Shown: positions 31,965-42,520 of the stretch, one piece after another
Numbering within the stretch: the first letter of the stretch is position 1
Layout: each line of letters starts with the position of its first letter
From: Halorutilales archaeon Cl-col2-1
GTDB lineage: Archaea > Halobacteriota > Halobacteria > Halobacteriales > Afararchaeaceae
NCBI GenBank assembly: GCA_041891055.1
Contig: CP169074.1
Coordinates: forward strand, 1,568,001-1,632,000
Reading direction: 5' to 3'
DNA: 64,000 nt
Notes under the pieces: model-generated
The model's database searches: none
Told to the model about the DNA's origin: nothing
What the model saw: the letters and a program-made list of their open reading frames with translations, nothing else
Program-made: the position numbers and the translations under genes

Positions 31965-32935
31965 TCGCGTCTCACTCCGTCGCTGACTGTCACCTCGAAG
32001 ACCCTCTCCGACTCTATCTCGGTGCCTGCAGCCACAGTCTCGGGATCGTCCCCGGGTACTGCGACTACACAGCCTCCCCCACCCGCACCCGTGATCTTCG
32101 CCCCCTCGGCTCCCGAGTCACGTGCCGCCCAGACCATCCTCGAAAGCGACGAGCTTCCGACCCCGAGTGCCTCTAGGAGACCGTGGTTGAGGTTCATGAG
32201 ATCGCCCGTCTCTTCGATGTCTCCTCTCTTCACAGCGTCGACACCCTCGCGCGTGAGGTCGCCTATGCTCTCGACTACTCTCGCGGCGACGTCACTCTCC
32301 TCCCTGAGACGTCTGACTCCCTCTACCATCTCCCCTGTCGGCGCGCTGTCTCCGTCATAGCCCACGACTAGCTCCGTCTCCGAGAACTCCTCTGTGTCGA
32401 GGCTTCTGAGCTCGTCGTCGGGCTCGACGTAGGTCACTCCCCCGACCGCACTCGTGAAGGTGTCGGCGGGGGAAGCCGCACCCTGTACCTCCTTTTCGAC
32501 CTCGTGTCCTATCTCGGCTATCCTCTCGGGGTCGAGTTCGACACCGAGTTCGCGCGTCACGGCGTCTACGGTAGCTACGACGACTGCGGCACTCGACCCT
32601 AAGCCTGCTCCTATCGGAAGCTCCGACTCTATCTCGATTTCGAGTCTCGCGTCTGACTCGACCTCCTCGCGCGCTCTGTCGACTGCTGTCTCTATGTACT
32701 CGAAGCCGTCAGTCTCTCCGGTTAGAATAGTCCTTTCGCCGTCGTACTCCGCGCGTATCTCGGATACCGGTAGCCCGGTGTCGGCGTCGGCGTGTATACT
32801 GTCCCTCGTGTTGTCTGTCGTCCCGGCGGCTACGGTAACTCGTCTGTCTATGGCGCACACTACAGCGGGCTCGCCGTAGACTACGGCGTGCTCGCCGAAC
32901 AGGAAGACCTTCCCCGGCGCGCTCGAAGTTTCCAT
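31961..32935 (-). CDS. mvk: Mevalonate kinase
   Basis: APGKVFLFGEHAVVYG, PIGAGLGSSAA, KITGAGGGG. Confidence 0.95.
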   Translation of the reverse strand: METSSAPGKVFLFGEHAVVYGEPAVVCAIDRRVTVAAGTTDNTRDSIHADADTGLPVSEIRAEYDGERTILTGETDGFEYIETAVDRAREEVESDARLEIEIESELPIGAGLGSSAAVVVATVDAVTRELGVELDPERIAEIGHEVEKEVQGAASPADTFTSAVGGVTYVEPDDELRSLDTEEFSETELVVGYDGDSAPTGEMVEGVRRLREESDVAARVVESIGDLTREGVDAVKRGDIEETGDLMNLNHGLLEALGVGSSSLSRMVWAARDSGAEGAKITGAGGGGCVVAVPGDDPETVAAGTEIESERVFEVTVSDGVRRE

Positions 32936-32945
32936 CTCCTCTACT

Positions 32946-33725
32946 CTACAGCTCTGTCTCGAAGTCTTCGAGCGTGTAGTCGGTCTCTGCTCCTCTCATG
33001 TCGAGTATCTCGTCAGCGAGTAGCCAGTAGACAGTTGCGAGTGCCTTACGTCCCTTGTTGTTGGTGGGTATGACGAGGTCGACGTTGTTGGTGGCATTGT
33101 TGGTATCACACATCGCTATGACGGGGATACCGACCGTGACAGCCTCCTTGACAGCCTGAGAGTCGCCAATCGGGTCTGTGACGACGACGACCTCGGGCTC
33201 TATGTAGCCCTCGTAGTCGGGGTTCGTGAGCGTGCCGGGTATGAAACGTCCAGCGCGAACCCTCGCTCCCGTGGCGTCGGCGAAGACCTCGGCGGGATGC
33301 TGTCCGTACTCACGTGACGAGGTCACGAGTATGTTACCCGGCTCGTAGTTGTCAAGGAAGCTCGCCGCGGTTCGTATCCTGTCGTCGGTCTTCTTCGCGT
33401 CTATGACATAGAGTCCGTCCTCTCTGACACGGTGGATGAACCTCTCCATGTCGCTCGTCTTCTGCTGTGTTCCTATGTGGACACCAGCAGCGAGGTAGTC
33501 GTCGACGGGTATGAGTAGCTCTCCCTCCTCTATGTCCTCTACCTGTGAGTCGGTGACTCCGCCAACTTCTTCTTCCTCTGTCTCAGCTTCTGTCTCTGTC
33601 TCTGTGTCTGTGTCTGCGTCTACGTCTGCTTCCTCGAAATCCCCTACGTCCTCCACGCCGGTCTCTTCTGCGTCAACGTCGACTTCTTCGTTCGTTTCGC
33701 CGTTGTCTTCCTGTTCTGTCTCCAT
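32946..33725 (-). CDS. rps2: 30S ribosomal protein uS2 (acidic N-terminal extension)
   Basis: [27 protein letters not shown]. Confidence 0.97.
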   Translation of the reverse strand: METEQEDNGETNEEVDVDAEETGVEDVGDFEEADVDADTDTETETEAETEEEEVGGVTDSQVEDIEEGELLIPVDDYLAAGVHIGTQQKTSDMERFIHRVREDGLYVIDAKKTDDRIRTAASFLDNYEPGNILVTSSREYGQHPAEVFADATGARVRAGRFIPGTLTNPDYEGYIEPEVVVVTDPIGDSQAVKEAVTVGIPVIAMCDTNNATNNVDLVIPTNNKGRKALATVYWLLADEILDMRGAETDYTLEDFETEL

Positions 33726-33738
33726 GGTTGATCTTATC

Positions 33739-34956
33739 TTAGTAGTTGAGCTGTTTCTCAATCCTTATGAGTTCGTTTAGCTTAGCTGTGCGTTCTCCTC
33801 CGACGGCTCCCGTCTTTATGAACGAGGTTCCCATTCCGACGCTGAGATGTGCTATCGTCGCGTCCTCTGTCTCGCCGCTTCTGTGGGACATCACCGTCTC
33901 GTATCCGTTCCTATGAGCGGTCTCGACTGCGTCGTCCGTGAGACTCAGGCTGCCTATCTGGTTCGGCTTTATCAGAATCGAGTTCGCCGCGCCCTCGTTG
34001 ATACCTCTTTCGAGTCTCTCTACGTTCGTCACGAAGAGGTCGTCTCCACAGACGAGTACGTCGGTGTCGGATACTCGTTGGGTGAGTTCGGCAAATCCAT
34101 CGAAGTCGTCCTCCTCTAAGGGGTCTTCGACGTAGACGAGGTCGTGGTCACGTATCACAGACTCGACGTACTCTATCTGTTCGTCGGGACTCCTCTCGGT
34201 GTCTGAGTAGACGTATGTTCCTGCGTCCTCGTCCCAGATCTCGCTCGCCGCCATGTCGAGTCCTACACGTACCTCGAAGTCGGGGTCTACTCTGTCTATC
34301 GACTCTTCGAGTATCTCGAAAGCCTCGGAGTCGTCCACCGAGGGTGCCCACGCTCCCTCGTCACCCTTTCCTGCTGGTACTCCCCTCTCTTCGAGGACGT
34401 CTCCTATCGCAGAATGTATCTCAGCGTTCGTGAAAGCCGCCTCCTCGAAAGACGGTGCTCCGACGGGTGCGACCAAGAACTCCTGTATGTCGGTCGCCTC
34501 CTGAGCGTGCTCTCCCCCGCCTATCACATTTCCGAGGGGAGTCGGAAGCGACTGCCTCATGCTCCCTCCGACGTTGTGGTGAAGGGGTATTCCGACTGAG
34601 TTCGCCGCCGCCTTTGCTGTCGCCATCGATATAGCGACTGCGGAGTTGGCTCCAATTCCCGAGAAGTTGTGGGTTCCGTCGACTTCTTCGAGTACCGAGT
34701 CGACCTTTCTCTGGTTCGATGCGTCGACTCCCATAAGCTCGTCTATGGCTTCCTGTGCTTCGTCTACCGCCTCCTCGACGGGAAGCTCGACTGCCTCGTA
34801 CTCCCCCGTCGATGCTCCCGAGGGCGCGGCACCTCTTCCGACTCCGTTCCGGGTCGTAACCTCGGCTTCGACTGTCGGATTTCCGCGTGAGTCGAGTATC
34901 TTCGTGAGTTCGACTTCTTCTATGACGGTCTCGGTCTCTGTCGAGGTCAGGCTCAA
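33739..34956 (-). CDS. eno: Enolase
   Basis: [35 protein letters not shown]; TTG start overlapping the rpoK stop, with SD. Confidence 0.95.
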   Translation of the reverse strand: MSLTSTETETVIEEVELTKILDSRGNPTVEAEVTTRNGVGRGAAPSGASTGEYEAVELPVEEAVDEAQEAIDELMGVDASNQRKVDSVLEEVDGTHNFSGIGANSAVAISMATAKAAANSVGIPLHHNVGGSMRQSLPTPLGNVIGGGEHAQEATDIQEFLVAPVGAPSFEEAAFTNAEIHSAIGDVLEERGVPAGKGDEGAWAPSVDDSEAFEILEESIDRVDPDFEVRVGLDMAASEIWDEDAGTYVYSDTERSPDEQIEYVESVIRDHDLVYVEDPLEEDDFDGFAELTQRVSDTDVLVCGDDLFVTNVERLERGINEGAANSILIKPNQIGSLSLTDDAVETAHRNGYETVMSHRSGETEDATIAHLSVGMGTSFIKTGAVGGERTAKLNELIRIEKQLNY

Positions 34957-35144
34957 GCCGACCCCCTCCTGACTGTGATCGGAAGCACACCGTTCTCTAG
35001 CTCCCTCTCGGCTATCAGAACAGGGTCGGAAGTCCCCGTATCTATGAGGGGCGGCGCTCCCTTCGATATCTGGAGGGCTCTCGCTCCGATTATCCTCGCC
35101 CTCTCGTATCTCGTGTACTCGTTCTGTGTCTTTATATCCGTCAT
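34953..35144 (-). CDS. rpoK: RNA polymerase subunit Rpo6 (K)
   Basis: [20 protein letters not shown]. Confidence 0.97.
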   Translation of the reverse strand: MTDIKTQNEYTRYERARIIGARALQISKGAPPLIDTGTSDPVLIAERELENGVLPITVRRGSA

Positions 35145-35156
35145 GGATTAGATTAC

Positions 35157-35348
35157 TTACTGGTACGGAGCCACGTCGTCGACGAGGTCTTCGTGGCTTA
35201 CAAGCATCCTTCTGCAGCAGTACCTGTCGACACCGAGTTCGTCGAGAACCTCCTCGGGGTCTTCTCCCTCGGACGTCCTCTCCTCGAACTCCTCGTAATG
35301 CTCCGACACGGGCTTGCCGCACGTGAAACATCTAACGGGGATCATCAT
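35157..35348 (-). CDS. rpoN: RNA polymerase subunit Rpo10 (N)
   Basis: [10 protein letters not shown]...RYCCRRM. Confidence 0.98.
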   Translation of the reverse strand: MMIPVRCFTCGKPVSEHYEEFEERTSEGEDPEEVLDELGVDRYCCRRMLVSHEDLVDDVAPYQ

Positions 35349-35362
35349 GGCTTATCACCTCT

Positions 35363-35773
35363 CTATCTGTACGACTTCTGGTAACGTGCTCTCGCTCCGG
35401 GTCCTCCGAACTTCTTCGCCTCCTTCTGTCTAGAGTCGTTTATGAGGAGAGACCGGTCGAACTCCATGTAGGCGTCTCTGAGTTCGGCGTCTCCGGTCCA
35501 GTCTACGAGTCCACGTGCGATAGCTGTCCTGACGGCGTCGGCGTGTGCTGAGACTCCGCCTCCCTCGACCTGTATGTCTATGTTGACTTTTCCTCTGAGA
35601 TCCTTCTCGGGGATACGGAAGGGCTCCTCCATCTTGAGACGCGCGCTCTCGGGCTCGAATAGCTCTATGGGCTCCGAGTTGACTCTCACGCGTCCGTTCC
35701 CCTCCTTAACCGTCGCGCGTGCGACAGCCGTCTTCTTCTTACCCGATGTGTTTACTGTGTCTGAGTCTACCAT
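35363..35773 (-). CDS. rps9: 30S ribosomal protein uS9
   Basis: [23 protein letters not shown]. Confidence 0.98.
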   Translation of the reverse strand: MVDSDTVNTSGKKKTAVARATVKEGNGRVRVNSEPIELFEPESARLKMEEPFRIPEKDLRGKVNIDIQVEGGGVSAHADAVRTAIARGLVDWTGDAELRDAYMEFDRSLLINDSRQKEAKKFGGPGARARYQKSYR

Positions 35774-36228
35774 GTTACGTTAGCACCAAGCTTCTTGCTT
35801 ATCTCGCCGAGTCTGATGACCCTCGCCTTACCGAGGTTATCAGCGTCGGCGTCCTCTACGGTCTCGAACTCGACGTCGTCTCCGGCGTACTCCCTCGGGA
35901 CGTCTATGTAGAAACGCAGGTTCGACATCGCCTCACGTCCCCTCTTCTTCTTGTGGGGAACCATTCCCCTGACCGTCCTCCTCGCTAAGCCGTCGGGTCT
36001 CTTGGGATGGTCGGGACCCTGGTCGCTCCTCGCCGATGTCTTCTTCCTGTATCTTTCCACTGTCTCGTCAGTGTCACCTGAGACGACTATCCCCTCGGCG
36101 TTGACGACTGCTACCCTCTCTCCGTCTAGGAGTTTCGACGCGACGGTACTCGCGAGCCTTCCGAGAACCGCGTTCTTTCCGTCTATGACCGTACACTCGT
36201 CTGGACTGAACTCTGCTTCTGCCTTCAT
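35767..36228 (-). CDS. rpl13: 50S ribosomal protein uL13
   Basis: LGRLAS.VA..LL.GE, RTVRGM.P. Confidence 0.97.
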   Translation of the reverse strand: MKAEAEFSPDECTVIDGKNAVLGRLASTVASKLLDGERVAVVNAEGIVVSGDTDETVERYRKKTSARSDQGPDHPKRPDGLARRTVRGMVPHKKKRGREAMSNLRFYIDVPREYAGDDVEFETVEDADADNLGKARVIRLGEISKKLGANVTW

Positions 36229-36231
36229 GTT

Positions 36232-36588
36232 TCACCTCAGTATCCTTACGTTAGAGCCCTCGGGATTCTCCTCTATGTACTCATCGAGGAGTACGGTGTC
36301 ACCGTCGGCTCTGTCTATCTTGTCACGCGCCGACGACGAGAAGTCGAAGGCTGCGACCTTTACGCTCTTAGAGAGTACACCGCTTCCGAGAACCTTACCC
36401 GGAACTACTACTGCTTCGTCGTCCTCGGCGGCGTACCTCTCTATCTTTCCCAGGTTGACCTCGGAGTGGCTGCGGCGCGGCTTCTCGAGACGCGACGCTA
36501 CCTCCTCCCAGACACCTGCGTCCTCTTCTCGTGCGTACCTCCTCAGATCGTCGATGAGGCTTACGAGTCTTGGATTCTGTTTTTCCAT
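36232..36588 (-). CDS. rpl18e: 50S ribosomal protein eL18
   Basis: [17 protein letters not shown]. Confidence 0.97.
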   Translation of the reverse strand: MEKQNPRLVSLIDDLRRYAREEDAGVWEEVASRLEKPRRSHSEVNLGKIERYAAEDDEAVVVPGKVLGSGVLSKSVKVAAFDFSSSARDKIDRADGDTVLLDEYIEENPEGSNVRILR

Positions 36589-36621
36589 GTTTTCCTCTTT
36601 TGTGTTGTGTTTAAGCGTGAA

Positions 36622-36706
36622 TGCGGGGAGCCGGATTTGAACCGGCGAACCCCTACGGGACAGCGCCCTGAACGCTGCGCCGTTGGCCTAACTTGGCGAT
36701 CCCCGC
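36622..36706 (-). tRNA. tRNA-Leu(CAG)
   Basis: GCGGGGA...TCCCCGCA; anticodon arm CAGCG-TTCAGGG-CGCTG; long variable arm. Confidence 0.93.
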
Positions 36707-36748
36707 ACTACGTTTATTCAGTTCTACGTCGTTGCGTTGTTGTGTTGT

Positions 36749-37507
36749 CTATGGGGCTATACTACTCTGAAGCTCGTCGGCACGGCTCGACAGTGAGTCG
36801 GCGGCGTACTCGACTATCTCCTCGACACTGTGTGAGCCGTCTGTCTCAATCTGGAAGACGTACGAGTTGGGAACGTCCTCGACTCCGACGCCCTCTCCGA
36901 ACGCCTCCGTGATGTCGTTGTCGTACTCCTCCATGTCGACGAGCTCCCCGTCGTCAGTCTCGACTACTCCGCGGACTATCTTCTCGTCCTGAGGCTCGTC
37001 TGTCAGTCTCTTGAGCCTCGTGTATCCCACGGCGGTTCCTCCTTGGTTTTTGGCGTGTTCGGTTCCCTTTCCGAGCCTCGCTTTACACTCGGCGGTGAAC
37101 GCCTGACCCGGCTTGAGCTTGATTATGGGAATACCTCCCGTCACGGGCTCAACCTCGGGATCCTCGGAGTCGAGGTCGGACGAGTAGACTGTGACGTCCT
37201 CGTCGTCCGCCTCGATGTCCACGGTGAGGGAAACCTCACACTGAGCACAGCCCTCGCCCTCGCACGAACATTCGTCGGGGAGGTTGTATGACTCCAGATC
37301 CGTCGTCAGAGGAACCAGTCCGAGACGCAGCGATATGATCTCGTCGAACATCACCGACGTATTCTCGTACATGTCGACGTCGTCTATCGACATCGTCGGA
37401 ACGCCCGAGAGTATCGTACGTCTGATACCGTTCGCGAAAGCCGGCGACACGTCTCTCACGAGAAGACGTGCCTTCTGGTCGGACTTGTCTATGTACTCCG
37501 TCTCCAT
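36749..37507 (-). CDS. rpoD: RNA polymerase subunit Rpo3 (D)
   Basis: FANGIRR, FDEII..RLGLVPL, CSC..EGCAQC, EHAK, ETDGS. Confidence 0.95.
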   Translation of the reverse strand: METEYIDKSDQKARLLVRDVSPAFANGIRRTILSGVPTMSIDDVDMYENTSVMFDEIISLRLGLVPLTTDLESYNLPDECSCEGEGCAQCEVSLTVDIEADDEDVTVYSSDLDSEDPEVEPVTGGIPIIKLKPGQAFTAECKARLGKGTEHAKNQGGTAVGYTRLKRLTDEPQDEKIVRGVVETDDGELVDMEEYDNDITEAFGEGVGVEDVPNSYVFQIETDGSHSVEEIVEYAADSLSSRADELQSSIAP

Positions 37508-37514
37508 GCTGTTG

Positions 37515-37916
37515 TTATAGTCCACGTCTTCCCTTGGGACCCTTACAGCCGTCGTGGGGAATCGGGGTGACGTCCTCTATACGTCCTATTTCGAGTCCAG
37601 CACGAGCGAGTGCCCTTATAGCCGCCTGCGCTCCGGGTCCGGGGTTGGTGTTCATGTTGCCACCAGGGGCACGTATACGGACGTGGACGCCCTCTATCCC
37701 CTTCTCCTGTGCGGCGTTTGCGACTTCCTCAGCCATCTGCATCGCGGCGTAGGGTGTCGACTCGTTGCGGCTCTGCTTCACGACTGAACCTCCGCTACTC
37801 TTAGCGAGCGTCTCAGCACCAGTCACGTCTGTGAGTGTGATGATGCTGTTGTTCATGCTCGCGTGTATATGTGCGACTCCCCATCTCGATCCGTTGTGTT
37901 CCTCAGATTCGCTCAT
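37515..37916 (-). CDS. rps11: 30S ribosomal protein uS11
   Basis: [25 protein letters not shown]. Confidence 0.98.
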   Translation of the reverse strand: MSESEEHNGSRWGVAHIHASMNNSIITLTDVTGAETLAKSSGGSVVKQSRNESTPYAAMQMAEEVANAAQEKGIEGVHVRIRAPGGNMNTNPGPGAQAAIRALARAGLEIGRIEDVTPIPHDGCKGPKGRRGL

Positions 37917-38449
37917 TCTTGTTCACCTGCTCTTTCGGGATGTAGGTCGTCGGAGAGAGGCGAGTTGCCGTAGAACTCGATCTCCGACTCCTCGTCCACC
38001 TCTACCTTGTAGCTCGGTATTGTGACTCTCTTTCCGTCGACGGCTATGTGTCCGTGGGCGATGAACTGTCTCGCCTGGTCTACGGTGTTGGCGAGACCTT
38101 TTCTGTGAACCTGTGTCTGGAGACGTCTTTCGAGTATGTCGGTAACATCGAGTCCGAGTATGTCGTCGACGCCGCCCTCCGACCTCAGGATTCCGAGCCT
38201 GCGGAGTCTCTCGACGAGCTGGTCACGCGCGGTCTCGACCTGCTGTGACGCCGTGCCCTCGGCGGTCTCTCCGAGTATACGTCGTGCCTCACGTCTGTGG
38301 TCACGTAGCTCCGACTGGGCGTCCCACAGCTCTCTCTTGTTCTTGAGACCGTACTCGTCGACGAGCCTGTGTTCGTCGCTTATCCTCTCGCCCTGGAAGG
38401 GATGGTTGGGCGTCTCGTAGTCCTTCGTGTTCTTACCCGGGTATCCCAT
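37913..38449 (-). CDS. rps4: 30S ribosomal protein uS4
   Basis: [28 protein letters not shown]. Confidence 0.98.
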   Translation of the reverse strand: MGYPGKNTKDYETPNHPFQGERISDEHRLVDEYGLKNKRELWDAQSELRDHRREARRILGETAEGTASQQVETARDQLVERLRRLGILRSEGGVDDILGLDVTDILERRLQTQVHRKGLANTVDQARQFIAHGHIAVDGKRVTIPSYKVEVDEESEIEFYGNSPLSDDLHPERAGEQE

Positions 38450-38955
38450 TATTCTTCACCTCCTTCCTCGGCGGCTTCCTCCTGAAGCTCAGAGACCTTG
38501 ACTTCGACCTCTCCGCCGGTACGTCCCGTCGACTTCGTGCGCTGTCCACGTACCTTCTTGCCCTTCCTGTGTCGTATTCCCTTGTACGACTCGATCTTCT
38601 GCATCCTGCTTATGTCCTCCTCGTGGACTATTTCGAGGTCTCCTCCTATAACGTGTCTGTCCTCTCCCGTGTAACGATCCTTCTCGCGGTTGAGCATCCA
38701 GTCGGGAGCTATCTCGTCGAAGTTCCTAACTGCATCCTTGACCGCCTCTATCTCGTCGTCTTCTAGCTTACCCAGGATACTCCTCGGGTCGACATCTATC
38801 TCGTGCGCTACAGTCTTTGCGGCTCGTCTACCTACTCCGTCCATCTCTAAGAGAGCGGTCTCGACGCTCTTAGTACCGTCGAGATCGGTTCTCCCGACAC
38901 GTACGAAGTACTGGATGTCCTCGTCTTCTTGTTCTTGGTCTTCCTCAGCACTCAT
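38449..38955 (-). CDS. rps13: 30S ribosomal protein uS13
   Basis: DLDG, WMLNR.KD..TG, YKGIRH...[11 protein letters not shown]. Confidence 0.98.
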   Translation of the reverse strand: MSAEEDQEQEDEDIQYFVRVGRTDLDGTKSVETALLEMDGVGRRAAKTVAHEIDVDPRSILGKLEDDEIEAVKDAVRNFDEIAPDWMLNREKDRYTGEDRHVIGGDLEIVHEEDISRMQKIESYKGIRHRKGKKVRGQRTKSTGRTGGEVEVKVSELQEEAAEEGGEE

Positions 38956-39005
38956 GTTGTGTTACGTTGCTTTGTTGTTGTCTTGTTTTCTTCAGCGCTT
39001 TTCGA

Positions 39006-39088
39006 CGTCGGGAGAGGGATTCGAACCCCCGCGGCGAGAACGCCACAGGATTAGCAATCCTGCGCCTTAACCACTCGGCCATCCCGAC
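39006..39088 (-). tRNA. tRNA-Ser(GCT)
   Basis: GTCGGGA...TCCCGAC-G; anticodon arm CAGGA-TTGCTAA-TCCTG; long variable arm. Confidence 0.93.
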
Positions 39089-39251
39089 TCGAAGCTTGGG
39101 TTTGTCTTTTGGCTGATTTGCTTTCTATACGTCGCCCATCCGGACTCGGGGCATACACCCCTACATTCAAACGTGTTAGTAGAGTACGTTCTCGTTAATA
39201 TAAAGACAACGGTTCTAACCCCCCTAGACAAAGGTTACCGTGGTCTTCGTC

Positions 39252-39965
39252 TCAGAGATCGCCCTTCTCGACGACCTCTGTCTCGGCGTTTCCGTCGGTT
39301 ATCTTGTTGACAAGGTCGTAGAAGTCGTTCTGCATACCAGCGGGGAACTCGACGACTGCTATCCAAGAGCCGTCGGAACGCCACTCCTCGTCCTTCAGGT
39401 CACCGAACTCCCTGAGCTGACCCTGTGCCGCGCCCGCGTACTCCGCCGGAATCCTAGTCGCCACGGTAATCTCCTCGAAACGTATCGGTATCACGGGACG
39501 CAGTGCGTCGACCGCCTCGTCGACCTGTGACGACGCGGGCTCCATCGGGTCGACGTCGAAGCCCGCTTGGTCGAGAGCCCTGTCTATCCTGTCGGGCGGA
39601 TGAGGTGTGTTCTTCTCCTGAGGATTGATAGCGTTTCTCGCTATCGTGTTGATTATCTGTTTCCTCTTGTCCTCCTTCATCTGTTCGCGCTGCTCCGCCG
39701 TGATCTGTATCTCTCCCTGTCTCACGACCTCAGGAATTATCTCGAGAGGCTGGGTCGTCCCGAAGACCTCTTCGAGAGCCTCCTCGGGGGGACGGTCGCC
39801 GCGTGACGCGTTCTCGAAGACGTCCTCAACGGCTATGACGTCTTCCAGATCGCCGTCGAACTCGCCTCTCTTTATAGAGAGCGCGGCGTCGGGGTCTACG
39901 AGAACCTCGAAACGCTCGCCGTGTGACTCGTAACGTACCGTGACGGCTTCGTCGAGGGAGATCAT
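39252..39965 (-). CDS. Ribosome maturation factor SBDS/Sdo1
   Basis: GERFEVLVDP, QITAEQR, PHPPDRI, IPIRF. Confidence 0.95.
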   Translation of the reverse strand: MISLDEAVTVRYESHGERFEVLVDPDAALSIKRGEFDGDLEDVIAVEDVFENASRGDRPPEEALEEVFGTTQPLEIIPEVVRQGEIQITAEQREQMKEDKRKQIINTIARNAINPQEKNTPHPPDRIDRALDQAGFDVDPMEPASSQVDEAVDALRPVIPIRFEEITVATRIPAEYAGAAQGQLREFGDLKDEEWRSDGSWIAVVEFPAGMQNDFYDLVNKITDGNAETEVVEKGDL

Positions 39966-39967
39966 TC

Positions 39968-40684
39968 TTACAGGTGCTCGCTTATCTCGTCGTTCGAGAG
40001 TTCGGTGTAGTTCTCGGTCTCTGTCTCTATCACTGCGACCTCGAAGTTCTCGACCTTGGTCTCCTCGTCGTCGGGTCTCGACTCAGCGGCGGCGTCGAGT
40101 GCTAAGCCTACCGCGTCGTCGAGGCTCATGTCGTCTTCGTAGGTCTCCTCTAGGTAGTCTATGATGTCGTTCGAGTCGGAGCCTATCGCTGTCGCCTTCC
40201 ACTCGTAGAAGCTTCCGCTCGGGTCGGTCTCGAAGACACGCGGCTCGCCGTCCTCTATGCCTCCGGCTATCAGGGCGACACCGAAGGGACGCACGCCACC
40301 GCGCTGTGTGAACTCCTGTATCTCGTCGGAGAGATGACGAACCGCTGTCTCGACACCTATCGGCTCCTTGTAAGAAGCCCTGTTGACCTGGGACTCCTCA
40401 CGTAGCTTGTCTATGAGCTTACGCGCGTCGGTGACGTGTCCCGCGCTCGCCGCTCCTATGTGTGAGTCTATCTTGAAGATCTTCTCTATCGTCTCCGACT
40501 CCATCAGAGACGATCCGACGCGTTTGAACGCCGCGAGGACAACACCCTCAGGTACTGCGACTCCGACGCTCGCGGTTCCTCTCTTGACCGCCTCGCGTGC
40601 GTACTCAACCTGGTAGAGACGCCCGTCGGGGCTGAATATAGTTATTCCTCTGTCGTATGCCTGCTGCTGTGAGTTTGGTTGCAA
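39968..40684 (-). CDS. psmA: Proteasome alpha subunit
   Basis: YDRGITIFSPDGRLYQVEYAREAV, RPFGV, TDPSG. Confidence 0.97.
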   Translation of the reverse strand: MQPNSQQQAYDRGITIFSPDGRLYQVEYAREAVKRGTASVGVAVPEGVVLAAFKRVGSSLMESETIEKIFKIDSHIGAASAGHVTDARKLIDKLREESQVNRASYKEPIGVETAVRHLSDEIQEFTQRGGVRPFGVALIAGGIEDGEPRVFETDPSGSFYEWKATAIGSDSNDIIDYLEETYEDDMSLDDAVGLALDAAAESRPDDEETKVENFEVAVIETETENYTELSNDEISEHL

Positions 40685-40707
40685 GTTAAGATCACTTCCT
40701 GTTTGTC

Positions 40708-41187
40708 TTACTTAAAATCATGTACAGTGGCACCTATAAATACTGTGCCCTCTTCGTCGGTCTCCTCGGCTTCGAAGTCGAGACGGTCTCGGCTCTTCCA
40801 CGCGACTCTCGTGACGCCGTCGTCTTCGACTTCGACCCTCTCCCAGTCGGGCTTCGAGAACTTCTCTCTGCCAGAGTTGAGAGTTCCGCTCACTCCCACG
40901 ACTCTCACTCCGACGTCCTCTCCTTCGACAGACGTCACACACGCGAGTGCGCTACGGATCTCGTCGACTCTGTCGTGGGCGCATCTCACGACGCCGACGG
41001 GCGGGTCGTACTCGATCAGCTCGGCGCGCGCCTCGCTCGACACTATGTCGCCGAAGAGGTTCTGTGACTCGAACCAGATCTGTCTCTCAAGACTCTTCTC
41101 GTCGACTTTCCCTGAGTTGGGAAGTGTTTCGACCTCGAAGAAGACGTATCTGTGTCTGGGTTCGAGCGACTTCGGGAGACGTTTCAT
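40708..41187 (-). CDS. rnp2: RNase P component 2 (Rpp14/Pop5)
   Basis: LPKSL..R.RY, LFG, GVSGT. Confidence 0.9.
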   Translation of the reverse strand: MKRLPKSLEPRHRYVFFEVETLPNSGKVDEKSLERQIWFESQNLFGDIVSSEARAELIEYDPPVGVVRCAHDRVDEIRSALACVTSVEGEDVGVRVVGVSGTLNSGREKFSKPDWERVEVEDDGVTRVAWKSRDRLDFEAEETDEEGTVFIGATVHDFK

Positions 41188-41855
41188 AGAACCTCGACCA
41201 CCTCGTCGTCTTCGCTCTCGACTATACTACTCGGCGTCTCAACGGTACCCTCGTGTATCTCGTCGTCGTCGAAGCCCACCATCTCACACAGAGCTTCGAC
41301 TTCGCGCGCGCCCTTGAGTTCGAGGTGTGAGAAGGGGTCGGCTGAGACGACGAAGGGTGCGGAGTACTTCCTGACGAGCTTGAGGAGGAGCTTCATGTCC
41401 CTGAGTTCGTGGACACGTCTTCCTCCCGACTCTCTCAAGACGTTCCGAAGGCTGAACTCGAGAGCGACATCATTCTCGGCGGCTTGCTTCACTAAGACGT
41501 GGTTGAAACCCCTGTGTCTTCCCTCGTGTGGGTGAGACAGGACGTCTACCCTATCCGAGGACACCGCGGCTCTGTTTATCGCCTCATCGCCGCCGTGGAC
41601 ACAGACACAGTCGTACTCGTCGCCCGCGTAGCCGCCGAGGTAGCCGTGTAGCTCGTCGGGTGTCTCGGCGCGTATCTCGACTCCTTTATACACGTCTACG
41701 TCTACGTCGGAACTCACGTTCGGACTCACGTCGTCGGGGAGGGAGTCGGAGTGGTTCCTCACGACTACCGAAGAGTAGCCCGCACAGTCGGCAGTGAGAG
41801 CCATCCTTTCGAGAGTCGTGGGAGCCTCGGGAGCGACGTGGACGAACTCGAACAT
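41184..41855 (-). CDS. rnp3: RNase P component 3 (Rpp30)
   Basis: INRAAV...VDVLSHP, HVL.K.AAEN.VALE, VVSADP.SH. Confidence 0.9.
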   Translation of the reverse strand: MFEFVHVAPEAPTTLERMALTADCAGYSSVVVRNHSDSLPDDVSPNVSSDVDVDVYKGVEIRAETPDELHGYLGGYAGDEYDCVCVHGGDEAINRAAVSSDRVDVLSHPHEGRHRGFNHVLVKQAAENDVALEFSLRNVLRESGGRRVHELRDMKLLLKLVRKYSAPFVVSADPFSHLELKGAREVEALCEMVGFDDDEIHEGTVETPSSIVESEDDEVVEVL

Positions 41856-41943
41856 CTAACCTTCCTAGGACATCAGACGTGGTTAAGCTTCTCATTCTCA
41901 CAAATATCGCAGAAGGTTTAGACGCTCTCCCCCAACTCAGAGT

Positions 41944-42504
41944 ATGTACATAGGACGTTTCGTGATAGTCGCGCCCGAGTTCGGAGCATACCGAGTCTCT
42001 TCGAGGTCTTTCCCCGACCGCGTAGTAAGGGAGTCCGAGGACGTCGACGGTCTCTCTGTCGTCCCCGAGGAACAGTATGACAACCCCTATGTCTCGTACA
42101 ACTGTCTCAGGAAGACCGAGAACTCGACGGTGATAGGAAACGGGACACACGTCGACCCGATAGCCGAGAAGATCGGGATGGGATACCCCGCAAGGGACGC
42201 CCTCTCGCTCGCTCTCCTGTCTCTCGACTTCGAGAAGGACGACTACGACACACCGCGCGTCGCGGGTGTAGTGGGTGACGACGCCGACTCTTACATAGGA
42301 ATAGTAACCAAGGACTCGCTCGTCGTTGAGAAGGTCGAAGAGCCCACACTCGTCGCTACATACGAGGAACAGAAGCCGACGACTCTGGAGTTCTCAGCTG
42401 ACGACGCCGACGACGCCGCCGAGAAGGCATACGGTCTCGACTACGAACATCCCGTCGCGGCGTGTGCTGTCTACGACGGAGAGACGGCGATCTACAACGG
42501 CTGA
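41944..42504 (+). CDS. purO: Archaeal IMP cyclohydrolase
   Basis: MYIGRF, YRVSSRSFP.R, NPYVSYNC, EKDDYDTPR. Confidence 0.95.
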   Translation: MYIGRFVIVAPEFGAYRVSSRSFPDRVVRESEDVDGLSVVPEEQYDNPYVSYNCLRKTENSTVIGNGTHVDPIAEKIGMGYPARDALSLALLSLDFEKDDYDTPRVAGVVGDDADSYIGIVTKDSLVVEKVEEPTLVATYEEQKPTTLEFSADDADDAAEKAYGLDYEHPVAACAVYDGETAIYNG

Positions 42505-42520
42505 ATAACTAACTCTAACT

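Noticed and set aside
33570-33630. (GAGACA/GACACA)-type hexamer runs, also near 50-70, 25310-25360 and 27735-27770
   Set aside because: Low-complexity ET/DT/DI acidic tails from slippage; 6-nt units keep the frame, so not a phase-variation switch or an array.
34957-35331. N-terminal extension of enolase in the ORF track (530 aa)
   Set aside because: Overlaps rpoK and rpoN in another frame; TTG at 34956 with an SD gives a normal-length enolase.
39089-39251. Missing exosome genes after SBDS
   Set aside because: Exosome loss is the normal state in haloarchaea.
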